Shown here: in pieces, positions 12,940 through 25,984 of the stretch | Layout: every line of letters starts with the position of its first letter | Numbering within the stretch: position 1 is the first letter of the stretch | Origin: Octopus vulgaris | Lineage: Eukaryota | Length of the DNA: 64,000 bases | Direction: 5' to 3' | NCBI GenBank assembly: GCA_951406725.2 | Contig: OX597830.1 | Span: 64,604,001-64,668,000 of the forward strand | Position numbers and translations under genes: made by a program | Notes under the pieces: generated by a model | Seen by the model: only the letters and a program-made list of their open reading frames with translations | Databases searched by the model: none | Told to the model about the DNA's origin: nothing

Positions 12940-13380
12940 GTTTAACCTCCGCTTCCATGTTGGCATGGGTTGGATGGCTTGAGTGAGGACTGGAAAGCCA
13001 GGAAGCTGCACCAGGCTCCAATCTGATTTGGCAAGGTTTCCGCAGCAGGATGCCCTTCCTAACCCCAATCACTCGGAAAGTGTAGTAGGTGCTTTTTTCG
13101 TGCCACTGGCACGGGGGCCAGTCAGGCGGCAATGGTGTCGACCACGCTCGAACGGTACTTTTTACGTGCCATTGGAACGGGATCTAGTCAGGCGGCACTG
13201 ACATTGACCTTTCCTCGAATGGTGCTTTTTATCTGCCACCGGCACGAAATCTAGTTAGGCGGCACTGTCATCGACCACGCTCGAATGGTGCTTTTTACGT
13301 GCCACCGGAACGGGATCCAGTCAGGCGGCACTGGCATCGACCACACTCGAATTTTACTTTTTACGTGCCACTGGCACGTA
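12940..13380 (-). mobile_element. SINE family D (Meta-domain-like) with internal ~66-bp tandem repeats
   Basis: GGATGCCCTTCCTAAC motif, homologous to 47265-47698; repeat units start near 13088, 13154, 13221, 13287 and 13353. Confidence 0.7.
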
Positions 13381-13819
13381 TTATATTGTAAGTGCCATCT
13401 AGAGATATCTATATTATACATCGTATGCGTATTTCTATTTTCAAATATCTTACTAGCATATTATTTATTTTAAATATATAAATATCTATATTATATCTTA
13501 CATATATATCATATTCATATGTTGCATATAAAAACAACGCAGTTCATTCCTCTTCCCATATACATCACGGTCGATGCTTACGTAAGCAAATATTAAGCAA
13601 TTTATGACGCAAAAGACTACCCAAAGGCGGAATTTGATAAAAAAAAAACAGACAAAAGCTAAAAAGAAAGAAAAATGTCCGAAGTATACATAGAACATCT
13701 CAGTGGTCACTTATTGCTGGTCCTAGGTCAAGCGCTGTAATGACGAACAATATTTTCAACGTGTTGAAATTAAAATTTCTATAACGATCCAGTTATAGGA
13801 TCTAAATTTAAATCACAAC

Positions 13820-14445
13820 GGAGTGGCTGTGTAGTAAGAAACTTGTTTCCCAACCACATGGTTCCGGGTTCAGCCCCACTGCGTGGCACCTTCGGCAAGT
13901 ATCTTCAACTATAGCTATAGGCCGACCAAAGCCTTGTGAGTGGATTTGGTAGACAGAAACTGAAAGAAACCCGTCGTATATATACATATATATATGTATA
14001 AGGGTGGAAAGGGACACACGAGTTGATATATATGAAAAAACAAGTCTAAAATAGAAAATGCTAAGATGATTTTATAGTGAATCTTTCAGCACCGGTTTCG
14101 GTCATTTTGAGACCTTTTCAACTGTAACGATTAAATAATTAAATTTAGAAAAATTAGAAGAAAAGTTTTTTTAAAAGAATATTTCTGTAGTAGTGTTCAG
14201 ATATAAGTAGCATTCTGCCTTTCTCTGACTCCCTTGTTTGCGCAAACAAGGGAGTCAGAGAAAGGCAGAATGCTACTTATATCTGAACACTACTACAGAA
14301 ATATTCTTTTAAAAAAACTTTTCTTCTAATTTTTCTAAATTTAATTATTTAATCGTTACAGTTGAAAAGGTCTCAAAATGACCGAAACCGGTGCTGAAAG
14401 ATTCACTATAAAATCATCTTAGCATTTTCTATTTTTGACTTGTTT

Positions 14446-14492
<47 letters not shown>

Positions 14493-14727
14493 GATATGTG
14501 TGTGTATGTATGCATTTGTGTATCTATGTTTGTCCCACCCACCATCGCTTGACGACCGATGTTTGTGTGTTTACGTCCTCGTAACTTAGCGGTTAGGCAA
14601 AAGATACCGATAGAATATATACTAGGCTTACAAAGAATAAGTCCCGGGATCGATTTGTTCGACAAAAAGACGGTGCTCCATCATGGCCGCAGTCAAATGA
14701 CTGAAGCAAGTAAAAGAGTAAAAGAGA
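13820..14727 (+). mobile_element. SINE family A split by a palindromic insertion
   Basis: Head at 13820-13998 and tail at about 14500-14727 flank the palindrome, which lies in the internal (TA)n tract. Confidence 0.85.
14026..14457. repeat. 432-bp near-perfect palindrome (inverted Penelope-like pLTR pair)
   Basis: Centre TTGTTTGC|GCAAACAA at 14241/14242, no spacer, one mismatch seen in 216-bp arms. Confidence 0.95.
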
Positions 14728-15053
14728 TCTGTTTTTCAGTTTCAGGTTTTAAAAGGGGCTTTTATAACCTGATACGGCCGGAAGGTTTATTTTTCAAAAT
14801 TCATCAGGCGTCACCTAAAATTCTGGAACGAACCAAGGTGGACTTTGTCGCCATCACTGATCTAAAGCACCCTGGGTACACATAGGCATGTCCTAGTAGT
14901 ACCAATTTTGTTTCTTTAGAAATGAGTGTGTGTGTGTGTATGGGTGAATGTGTGTGTGTGTCAGTATGTTAGTGTATGCGTCAGTTTCTGTGTATATGCG
15001 TCTCCGTGTGTGAATATTTATGTGGGTAATGTGGGTGAGTGTATATGTTTGTT

Positions 15054-15104
<51 letters not shown>

Positions 15105-15208
15105 AAGAAAGAGACCGTATGTGTATGCGTTTGTCTGTAAGTAAAAGTGTGTGTGAATATGTATGAATTTGTGTATCTGCGTATGTGCGTGCGTCTGTGT
15201 GCGTGTGC

Positions 15209-15278
<70 letters not shown>

Positions 15279-15538
15279 GTGTTTGTTTGTTTCTGATAAT
15301 TTGTTGTGTAAATCAATCGAGGGTGTAAACTAGTTTTCATAGGCGGATATTTGCAGATTGTTTTCATTAAACACACACACACACATTCATATTGACATAC
15401 TGACTCACATACATACATACATACATACATACATACATACATACATACATACACACATATATACACATACACACACACTCTCACACAAACACATTCATAT
15501 ATATATATATACATATATATATATGCATATATATATAC

Positions 15539-15596
<58 letters not shown>

Positions 15597-15819
15597 ATCA
15601 GGTCACTTGTTAGCAGCGCTACTGGTAACACTGGTAACATGTAACCCAGTACAACCTATTGCGTTGTCGGGTCGTCAGCGCCAAGACCGACAACATCCAC
15701 CAAAGCTCACTTGATGAGGAAGAGGAGATTCTTTTAGACACCCTGCGGGATGAAAAATAATACCTGACAAAGGGCGGATGAAGCCAGGGGAGTAAATTGC
15801 CACCAATAACAACAACAAG

Positions 15820-15868
<49 letters not shown>

Positions 15869-16992
15869 AAACCCACGCACATTAATATATAATATAGAAG
15901 TGCGCTGGAGGGCGCGACACGAAACCAAAATGTTTGAGCTCAGATGAAAGTTTTGCCCTCCACCTCTGTACACAACGCTGTTAGACGAAGGCTGTCATGT
16001 CATTATGTCCCTGGTTAAGCTAGCCTGTGGAATTCGTGTCCCATTAAAGATTATATTAATAAACACAGGAGGCGTAATTCCTGTTTTAAGCCCACACACT
16101 CATATTCACACCATTACACACACGCACATAGACACATACACATATAAATGCATGAATGCATACTCATACATGCTTGCATTTACTTGCAGATATCCAAATA
16201 CAAAAGCATATCAGATAAGGGCACTGTGACTCGAATGATTTGGCACTTGTCGTCTCCAGCTCACTTGATTTTTTTCTTATTGCTCCCTTCGAATATTTAG
16301 AGAACGACAGTCATGTTTATCCTCATAATTATATTTTCTCGGTTCTTTTGGCACCCAACTCCTTATTCATTATTCGACTTGATTCGGGGATTGATCTCAT
16401 TCCTAGTAGAATTGATGTAAGTAGCAGGTCACAACCTGTAAATCTATATATTTCCCTGGTGGTCTTTTCTGTTCCTAAAAAGCAAACCTTCTACAGATGT
16501 TCTACAGGACCCTCTTTTTCAATTCCCTTTATCCATTTCTGTATGCCATCACTCACAGTCCCTAATGTACCAATTATCACAGGTGCAACCTTTACAGTTT
16601 TCACCCTCCAAAACCTCACAATCTTAAATTACAACGGATTGCAATTTTCTCAACTTTTCATCTGCTCTTTTGAAAATCGTGGAAACAAATTGACATGATG
16701 GATCCACCAATAACCAAATTCGATTTTCCTTTTCTATTATTGTAAGATCTGGCTTGTAATGTTCTATCTTCTTATCCGTTTGAACCGCAAAGTTCCATAA
16801 ATTATTATATGTTTCTGACCCAAGGACTCGTTATTGTACCATGTATTTCCTGCTTCAACCCCCCCATTTCTGACAAAGCTTCCAGTGTAAAACCGTCACG
16901 ATTTGATCCTATCACAATTTCTTACATCCGCCCCGAGCCAACTTGGAGCATTCTGCAACAATGTGTGTCATTGTTTCATCCCACATTCCATT

Positions 16993-17401
16993 CTTTTATT
17001 CTTTTACTCTTTTATTTCTTTCACTCATTTTGACTGGAGCATGGCGTATGGAGCAAGACCCTAGGACTTATTCTTTGTAAGCCTCGTACTTATTCTATCG
17101 GTCTCTTTTGTCGAACCGCTAAGTTACGGTGACGTAAACACACCAACATCGGTTGCCAAGTGATGGTGGGGCGGGAGAAACACAGACAGACAAACGCACG
17201 CACATACACACACGCACGCACACACACACATGCATATATATATATACGATGGGCTTCTTTCAATTTCCGTCTACCAAATCCACTCATAAGGCTTTGGTCG
17301 GCCCGAGGCTATAGCAGAAGACACTTGCGGAAGGCTCCACACACAGTGGGACTGAATCCAGAACCATATGATTGGTAAGCAAGCTACTGACCACATAGCC
17401 A
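16993..17401 (-). mobile_element. SINE family A nested in the RLE element
   Basis: Reverse complement of 1210-1610. Confidence 0.85.
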
Positions 17402-17856
17402 CCCTATATACTTCATTTCCCCATATACGTATTTTCTAAAGTTGTTTCTTTTAACGTTTGATCATGGGTCGCTATAAGGTACTGTATTTATATTTTCAAT
17501 TGGCCATTTTCTCACCCATGCCCAAGATTTTGTTCCACATACTTCTTTAGTGGCTTTTCAAATCTGACCGTACAAAGGTTTCTCTCCAATCTGTTTAACC
17601 TCTTCTCTTTTATAAATTTCATTTTATTCTTCCTCCTCTTCCAGTTTCGATCGTCTGTTCTTTATTCGCTGCCATTAGGAAGATTTCTGTAAATACGTAA
17701 TCAAGAAATCTGATTCATTTCATCGACTCATACTCTTCCACACCAACTAATTCTCTTACACCCTCATTTTTCTTCGTACAACCGGTTGATATCAACTTTC
17801 GGGTGGTGGGCTTCACACATTATCAACAGCTTTCTAGCTCTGTCAAGCTGTCGCCT

Positions 17857-18090
17857 TCTTATTTCTTTACTACCCACAAGGGGCTAAACATAGAGGGGAC
17901 AAACAAGGACAGACAAAGGGATTAAGTCGATTACATCGACCCCAGTGCGAAACTGGTACTTTATTTATCGACCCCGAAAGGATGAAAGGCAAAGTCGACC
18001 TCGGCGGAATTTGAACTCAGAACGAAACGACAGACGAAATACCGTTAAACATTTCGCCCGGCGTGCTAACGTTTCTGACAGCTCGCCGCC
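17857..18090 (-). mobile_element. SINE family C, full length
   Basis: Head GGCGGCGAGCTG, B box GAGTTCAAATTC, Nin/Deu-like GCCTTTCATCCTTTCGGGGTCGATAAA. Confidence 0.88.
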
Positions 18091-18094
18091 TTTT

Positions 18095-18208
18095 GTAATG
18101 TTTGTCGCCATTTTAACATGGCTGTTCTGCAGGAACTGATATAATTACAATTTTAACCGCAGGAGGGCGCCTCCTCCAGCTGCTTATTCGATGCAATCGA
18201 CACCCGAT

Positions 18209-18266
<58 letters not shown>

Positions 18267-19194
18267 AGCAGTGGAGAGAACCCCTCTTACCTTCCAGGAC
18301 CACCAGAACGTGTACGGTTCCAAGCTCTTTGTACTCATCCTCGGATACCTTCTGTGCGCTCCATTATTCCTACTCCATATCTGATTACCGGTGCGGATCT
18401 CCCATTCCTTCAATAGCATGTCTTGAATTCAACTTTCACTGCAGCATATTTCTCATTCTCCTTGCAAACTCTCTCTGCTGGTAATTTGCTTCATCTCTTC
18501 ATGTTTTATTTCATCTGCATCCAGTATTCCCAAATAGTTATACTATTCTTCTTTCTCAACGGATTCCATTGTTTCCCCATTTGGCCTTTCAGCTTCTTGA
18601 CTTCCTCAATTTTTTTTCCCCGTTTCAATATCAATGGAGCGCTCTTTTCAATCCCGAATTTCTTTCCTACGTTACTTGAGAAAATACGGACCACAAATGC
18701 AGGACTTGCCAGCTGCGTCCCCTTTTTGCCATAAAGGTTTCTATCATCCATGAATAGAATATGATTTATCTAACCACACACTTCTTCTTCTTGTTCTTCT
18801 TCTTCTTCTTCTTCTTCTTCTTCTTCTTCTTCTTCTTCTTCTTCTTCTTCTTCTTCTTCTTTTTTTTTTTTTTCTTCTTCTTCTTCTTCTTCTTCTTCTT
18901 CTTCTTCTTCTTTATTTTTTATATATCCTCAAACCGGAGCAAACTACTGCTATCTCTAGCGGACAGGCATCCACCGCCGAGAATGACCACAAAGAGCTTG
19001 GAACCGTACGTTCTGGTGGTCTTCTTGCTGGAAGGTAGGAGGGGTTCTCTCCACTGCTTGCTATATAGATATATATATATATCGGGTGTCGACTGCATCG
19101 AATAAGCAGCTGGAGGAGGCGCCCTCCTGCGGTTAAAATTGTAATTATGTCAGTTCCTGCAGAACAGCCATGTTAAAATGGCGACAAGCATTAC
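18095..19194. repeat. Long inverted repeat (arms 18095-18344 and 18977-19194) with hammerhead-like motifs
   Basis: The arms are reverse complements apart from microsatellite length and a few changes; the spacer is about 630 bp. Confidence 0.9.
18781..18912. repeat. (TTC)n microsatellite
   Basis: Direct reading. Confidence 0.95.
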
Positions 19195-19339
19195 TTCTCA
19201 GCAGAGTTACTACTTTCATATCTCCCAGAGATATTCCAACTGGCTAATTTGTTTGTTGCAAGATCAGTGACTTGTTGCCACATATTTTCTGTATATTGCG
19301 AGCTGCAGTGAACTGAAGCTATCTCAAGCGGATGGATAT

Positions 19340-19388
19340 CCACCACTGAGGATGAGCACAAAGACATTGAAACCGCACTGTCTGGTGG
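19340..19388 (+). ncRNA. Type I hammerhead motif
   Basis: CCACCA-CTGAGGA-...-GAAA-C...G-TC-TGGTGG: intact core and 6-bp stem I; stems II and III are weak. Confidence 0.55.
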
Positions 19389-19523
19389 TCCTGTTTCTAG
19401 AAGATGACGGGGGTTCACTCCCCTGCTAGCAATGTATATCGGGTATACACATACACATGTATGCATGTAAGTATTTATGAGTGTGTGTATCTCTCTTCCC
19501 CCCCCCATTCTCTCTCTCTCTCT

Positions 19524-19576
<53 letters not shown>

Positions 19577-19761
19577 CATATATATATGTAATATATATAT
19601 ATATGTATATATATCTCGCCTGGACCGATGCATTGCTTCAAATGGAGAATACTTCGCAGGCGATAAATGTATAAATATGTAAAACTAAGTGAATGAAATA
19701 TTGCAAAATTCCGGCCTTTTGGTAGCCTCTCGTATATGCCTATATATATGTCACATTGCCA

Positions 19762-19799
<38 letters not shown>

Positions 19800-19804
<5 letters not shown>

Positions 19805-19995
19805 AGGTGTATTTGCCATCTCAACATGGCTAACCACTAAGGGTGGGTGTTACTGTAGCTTGTAGCCCCAGGAGAACATCGTCTCCAGCTGGCTATTGAC
19901 ACATTTTCTGAGACGATGTTCTCCTGGGGCTACAAGCTACAGTAACACCCACTCTTAGTGGTTAGCCATGTTGAGATGGCAAATACGCCTCAAAT
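19800..19995. repeat. Fold-back: 86-bp arms, 24-nt loop
   Basis: 19800-19885 pairs with 19910-19995, with two mismatches. Confidence 0.95.
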
Positions 19996-20934
19996 TGTCG
20001 TGCAGTTAGTGTTTATATCTCGTTCAGAGATTTATTATTGTATGTATGTATGTATGTATGTATGTATATATATATATATATAAAATATGTATATAATTTA
20101 GGAAAAAAACCTCTAGTAGTACTATTTACTATTTATTGTCCTTTATTGATTTTTAGAATAAGCTTTTTATAGTATATGTTTTCTCTATGGTGTGAATAAC
20201 ATCTTTCTTTATTGAATTGTTTAATAGTGGTTTTTCTCTAAATTATATACATATATTATATATTGTGAAATTTGATTAAAATTTTTTAAATCGAATACAT
20301 ACATAGAAAATGCATATGTACATGTATACATTCAGATATACATACATACACACTCTGACTAGAGAATTTTTAACATTCTACATGTACACAGCCACAAACA
20401 CACAAACAGTCACACATACATCATATACATACACATACACATATACGCACAAGTCTGGTTGCATTCCACTTCATTCTCCATCTCTCTTGGGTACATAAAA
20501 TATACAACAGTCATCTGCTTCGGTTGCTGCGGTGAATTGACTACTTCTTCACCGTCAATAATATGTTATAGTATACCAATGTCACAAATTATACATAGAG
20601 GAATAACATGAAACTATATCGGTTTCATGACAGAGCTCAAAGCACTTTTCAAAAATAAATTTTGCCGTTGATTTCCAATATGGTTTCCGATTTTTTCCCA
20701 TCAGAGCTTGTTTATTTTTATTCAGGAAATGTTTATTTTGTTTCTAGTTCGGAAGTTAAAGAACGAAAGTGCTGAAGTTGATATGTATATATATATTTAT
20801 ATTTATATACATGCGTAAAGCATGAAAATACTAGTAAAATTGTAAAGATTGCCAATAATAAAACGTGAAAATCAGACCAGGTTGGAATTTCATCGATTAA
20901 TATATTCTTCTATACACAATCATACAAACTCGGA

Positions 20935-21041
<107 letters not shown>

Positions 21042-21239
21042 GTATATATATATATATATATAAATATAGGTGTGTGTGTGTGTGACTAGGGTGTTCAGAA
21101 ACACCTACATTGCTAGAAATAAGATCTAAGATGCTCTAATGCTGTAGTTAACGCACATGAATCAAAAATTATACACTAACAAGGACCTGGATGGTGCGAA
21201 TTAAGAATTCTTAATACTGACGTCAGTTCCCCAAGTTTA

Positions 21240-21412
21240 GGAATGGAGCAGGTAAAATCCAGGCTACATATCTTTCCTAGCTAATAGAACCTAGGAAATA
21301 ATAATTACCCAACGAGAAGTACTCCAATATCTTCGCATCAGGCCGAAGATACCTTAGTTACATGAAGATTACATTGTCAATGGTCCCCAAGTTAACACGC
21401 AGGAGATTTGAT
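21240..21412 (-). mobile_element. Hammerhead-bearing repeat (long-stem-II family), decayed
   Basis: Homologous to 58325-58500 and 9755-9844; minus strand GGC-CTGATGC...GAAA-GATATG-TA-GCC at 21262-21344. Confidence 0.6.
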
Positions 21413-21585
21413 CTATAAAAATAACTTTTTTCAGCTCACCGAAATTCGATATGGGAAAAAAGTTTGGAGCTCTTACGCCAATAAACCACTATTGTTCTGA
21501 AAGATTTTGTTTTTTTTCTTGTATACCTTTACCGACTTCGAAGCTTGCTAACTTCCTACACCTGTATCCTTGGATCTTACCTTTA

Positions 21586-21719
<134 letters not shown>

Positions 21720-21951
21720 CAAAATAAACAACAAGAATATCCAGAGGTAATTCTGTACGATCGTTTCATGCAACTACATTTAATTGAACAATGCAATCAT
21801 TACATTAGTTTAAAATGCAGAGCAATCTTCAGCTGCACAAAGTCATAGAATTTAATTAAATCAGAACAGATGGATATATAATATAATTATGTCTAAAATC
21901 TCAAAGAAGTTAAGGAGTTGGTGCCTCAACTTAAGTAGCATAGTCATCCGA

Positions 21952-22051
<100 letters not shown>

Positions 22052-22260
22052 GTCTATCTATATGTATGTATTTGATTTAATTGCATATTATATTTAAAAT
22101 TTTTTACTTATATCTCTTTATCTTTTTACTATTACTGTATATCTCATTTTGTATAATGCATTTACTCATATGTAATGGTGTATTAAAGTATTGATTGGGT
22201 ATCATCGGATAGTTGATGTTTTATTGATTTAAGTATGTTTCTCCATTCTCTAATTTTGTA

Positions 22261-22309
<49 letters not shown>

Positions 22310-22432
22310 ATTATACGTATATATATGTGTGTATATGCGTGTTTATATGAATGTATGTGCATGTACACACGTATAGGTATGCTTACAATTGCATGCATCT
22401 GAGACATTGTATCAATTCACTGTTAGCCGATG

Positions 22433-22499
22433 GTGAAAATCAAATGTATCACTAAGGGAATAGTAATACCATTCCCTTAGTGATACATTTGATTTTCAC
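22433..22499. repeat. Fold-back with 29-bp perfect arms
   Basis: GTGAAAATCAAATGTATCACTAAGGGAAT / ATTCCCTTAGTGATACATTTGATTTTCAC. Confidence 0.9.
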
Positions 22500-23174
22500 T
22501 ATAAATCTTGAATAGGTACGATTCCCCTACCATTTGCTATTGATTTTAATTGACCTCTAGATGTTGACCTAAATTCCTTCTTACCATATAAAAACAATAG
22601 TTAAAATATAAACCACAATGAATAAACAACCTTCTATTCTAGTGTTAACCTTAATTTTCATACTGTATCTCTCTCTACCGATAACTTATGACCCCTTTAG
22701 TGTTTTCCTTTGATCTTCCTGTATTCTTAATCCCACTATTAATTCTGTGATTTTTTCAGTTGAGAGCTGGGGGTGGTCAAACTTTTAAGAATTTAAGATT
22801 CCTTCTACACTGACCTAGATTTTCGGTCACCACAGATATAGACTTACCTTTCTTTGTAGTATCTGTATTCCTTTTTACATCCCCATTATATTTTCTTCTC
22901 CTGCTGTCCTTGGATCGGTAGTTTAGTACAATTGTTTCATACTATAAACATTTTATTTAAAGCTGCAAATATTACAGCAAATATAACGTCAAGTATTCTT
23001 CAGCTAAATTTCATATAGGTTTTCCAAACATCTTAGAGAGTGTAAATATCCTTAAAGTTATAGGAGTGAGTTCCATGAATTTGAAGTAATATTCCAATCA
23101 GACTGTATATGTTTTCCAATAATAGACAGTTTTAAAATTAATTATTGACATCCCAGAGAAGATAAATCTACTAT

Positions 23175-23216
<42 letters not shown>

Positions 23217-23228
23217 CACTACTACTAC

Positions 23229-23259
<31 letters not shown>

Positions 23260-25090
23260 ACTGCTACTACTACTACTACTACCACCACCACCACCACCAA
23301 CACTCCACTCCACCACTACCACACCACCACTACCACACCACCACCAACACCCTCCATTATCCTCCTCCTCCTCCTCATCATCATCATCATCATCGTCATC
23401 ATCATCATCATCATCATCATCATAATCATCATCATCATCATTTCAGTTGTGGATTGACGGAATCGGTACCGCATCGGACAAAGCGCACATGCGGCATTCA
23501 GTTACGATTCCGTACATTTTGGGCTCGAATCTTGTCGCGATCAATTCTTTAGACTTTAATCGTTTTGTAGTCGATACAAGAAAGTACCAGTTGATCCACT
23601 GGGGTTGATATAATTGACTAATCCCCTAACCCCATCATTTCCACTCTTGTGTCTATGTTAGAGACAATTATTATTGTAATCGTCGTGGTTTTCGCTGTTT
23701 CAATCTTTCTACGCAGATGTTCCTTATGGTAGCTCCTAACACCTTTCATGATTTGGGATATTTTCTTGTCTTCACGAATTAAAGAATGACAGGATATCTC
23801 GTAGAAGTAGATTTTTTTCTTAAAGTTTTTATGCGAGATTTTTTTTTACGTAATTTCAGTTTTCATTCATCGTGTAACTGCAAAATGTGACCTTCTCGTA
23901 TTAGAGGAAATGCCCCCGAGAAAAATAACAGTGTGTAGAGCGAAATACCTTGTGGACAGGAAAAGAAAGCCAAGTGACGACAATTTAGGTTAAACTTACA
24001 GACATTCTAACAGCGGAAATGAGAAAAAATGTCTCAGCAGAAACATTACTGTGTACTAAACACAATTAACAATAACAGCAAGGACTAGAGCCACAATCAA
24101 AATAACAGCAACAAAATAATGACAACGATGACTACAACAACACCGACATTCGCTTTCACGCTCATACATCGTCAGACAAAAGTATTTGGAATGGAGGCCA
24201 GGTGACGTTCTTTGCAGCGTACTTTCCAATAGACTAACGGTTGCTGTATGATATTTATGTAAGAAAAGGTCTGCATGGAAACACTGTGTTACAAAAGCGG
24301 ATGCTTCGCTACCTGATACTATCGTGTAGTTATAAGAAAGGAATAAATAATTTACTTGTGCCTTGTCAAGATATATGGGATTTCCTTGTAACTTTTTGTA
24401 GAGTAATTTGATGTAGGGCTTGATGATAAGTGAAGTGAGTCTCCACACATCGGGAGAGGGTGGCAAGGAATATATTATGATATGCGTTCCAAATGCTGTG
24501 GGAGCCATGATATTTGAAACGGAATATTAAAAGGTTGTAGAAAGGATATCCAGGACCACGTCGACTCCTAATTCGTGGTAACTGTCGCGGCGCAACACAA
24601 GCAAGTTGTCAACTTGTTATTATCGGGGTCATGAGTTTGCATGAGATCACCATAAATATAAAGATCTTGACTGTAAAACCAAAACAAAGAAAAAAAAAAC
24701 GATCCCAAAACAGTATTCTATAGCAGGTGCTGAGAAGAAGGGTCTAAGACCGTTCATTCAGGACAGAAATCCCAACTGCTATATTTGTGACAGCAGAGAA
24801 AAGAACGAAACAACAACAGCAACAGAGTTCAGAGGCTAATTCTCCTAAGGCAGTGTCTGATCCCATCTGAAAGACGTCAGAGTAGATCGTTTCATTCTTA
24901 GCTCAAATTCTTGGGCAGAGTCGGCTCAAATACCTTGCAGTTTATCTTTCGGCTTCTTATTTGAGCCAAAATCCTGCAAAGTCAAATTTGCTTATCATTG
25001 GTCGAGCGATGGATAAATAATGTACCAATCAATACTGATGCAAAATTAATCGATTAATCCTTTCCTCCAAAGTGCTGTCCTTCTCCATAA

Positions 25091-25135
<45 letters not shown>

Positions 25136-25556
25136 GAATGAGAGAGCAGTGCCTGCCATCAAAGTGACACTCATATCAGGATAAATAGCGCATGACCTTG
25201 CACGTGGGGGTCAGTTAAAATTTCCTTCAAGTCGACTAGCCCTTCCCGCTCAAAAGGGTTGTTTAATGATGATGAATGAAACACCCATGTTTCCAAAGAT
25301 GAATTATCCAAACCCCAAAGAATTTCTCTCAACACATGAATCTGATGCTCGTGATCAGCGATGCACATATCGTCAACCACCAAGGGACATGCTCAACTGG
25401 TTAAGGTCAAGCAACTGACAAGCAATATGTGGTACTAAACAGAATATTTGCTGTAGCCAATATTTTATACCAAGACAAAACAATGTACATAACAATACTT
25501 CCAATCAGGTAAGATGAGAAGCTATGAGAGCCACAGCCTGGTACTCCATCAGGGCA

Positions 25557-25609
25557 TTTATTATTATTATTATTATTGTTATTATTGTTATTATTATTAT
25601 TATTATTAC

Positions 25610-25643
<34 letters not shown>

Positions 25644-25662
25644 GTTGTTGTTGTTATTGTTA

Positions 25663-25741
<79 letters not shown>

Positions 25742-25797
25742 CATCATTATCATTATTATTGTTATTATTATTATTATTATTATTATCATCATTATCA

Positions 25798-25834
<37 letters not shown>

Positions 25835-25851
25835 TATTGTTATTATTATCA

Positions 25852-25888
<37 letters not shown>

Positions 25889-25923
25889 TATTGTTATTAT
25901 TATCATTATTATTATTATTGTTA

Positions 25924-25983
<60 letters not shown>
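25557..25983. repeat. (TTA)n compound microsatellite
   Basis: Direct reading. Confidence 0.95.

Positions 25984-25984
<1 letters not shown>

Larger units (their letters stand above)
16440..18778 (-). mobile_element. Decayed RLE-type non-LTR retrotransposon (R4/Dong/NeSL-like), interrupted by three insertions
   Basis: Minus-strand peptides in order: INHILFMDD, FGIEKSA, YNYLGIL, PVIRYGVGI, HHPKVDINRLY, EKPLYGQ, VLHWKLCQ, ILWNFAVQTDKKIEHYKPDL, VAPVIIGTLGTV. Many stops and frameshifts. Confidence 0.85.

Noticed and set aside
13088-13380. Regularly spaced repeats resembling a CRISPR array
   Set aside because: The intervening segments are homologous to each other, the array lies inside a SINE, and there are no cas genes.
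14785-14810. CTGATGA..GAAA on the minus strand (similar cases at 24169, 53090, 56794)
   Set aside because: No pairing for stems I and III and no proper UH site; expected by chance.
24056-24508. 150-aa non-repetitive ORF
   Set aside because: No recognisable motif or supporting gene structure.
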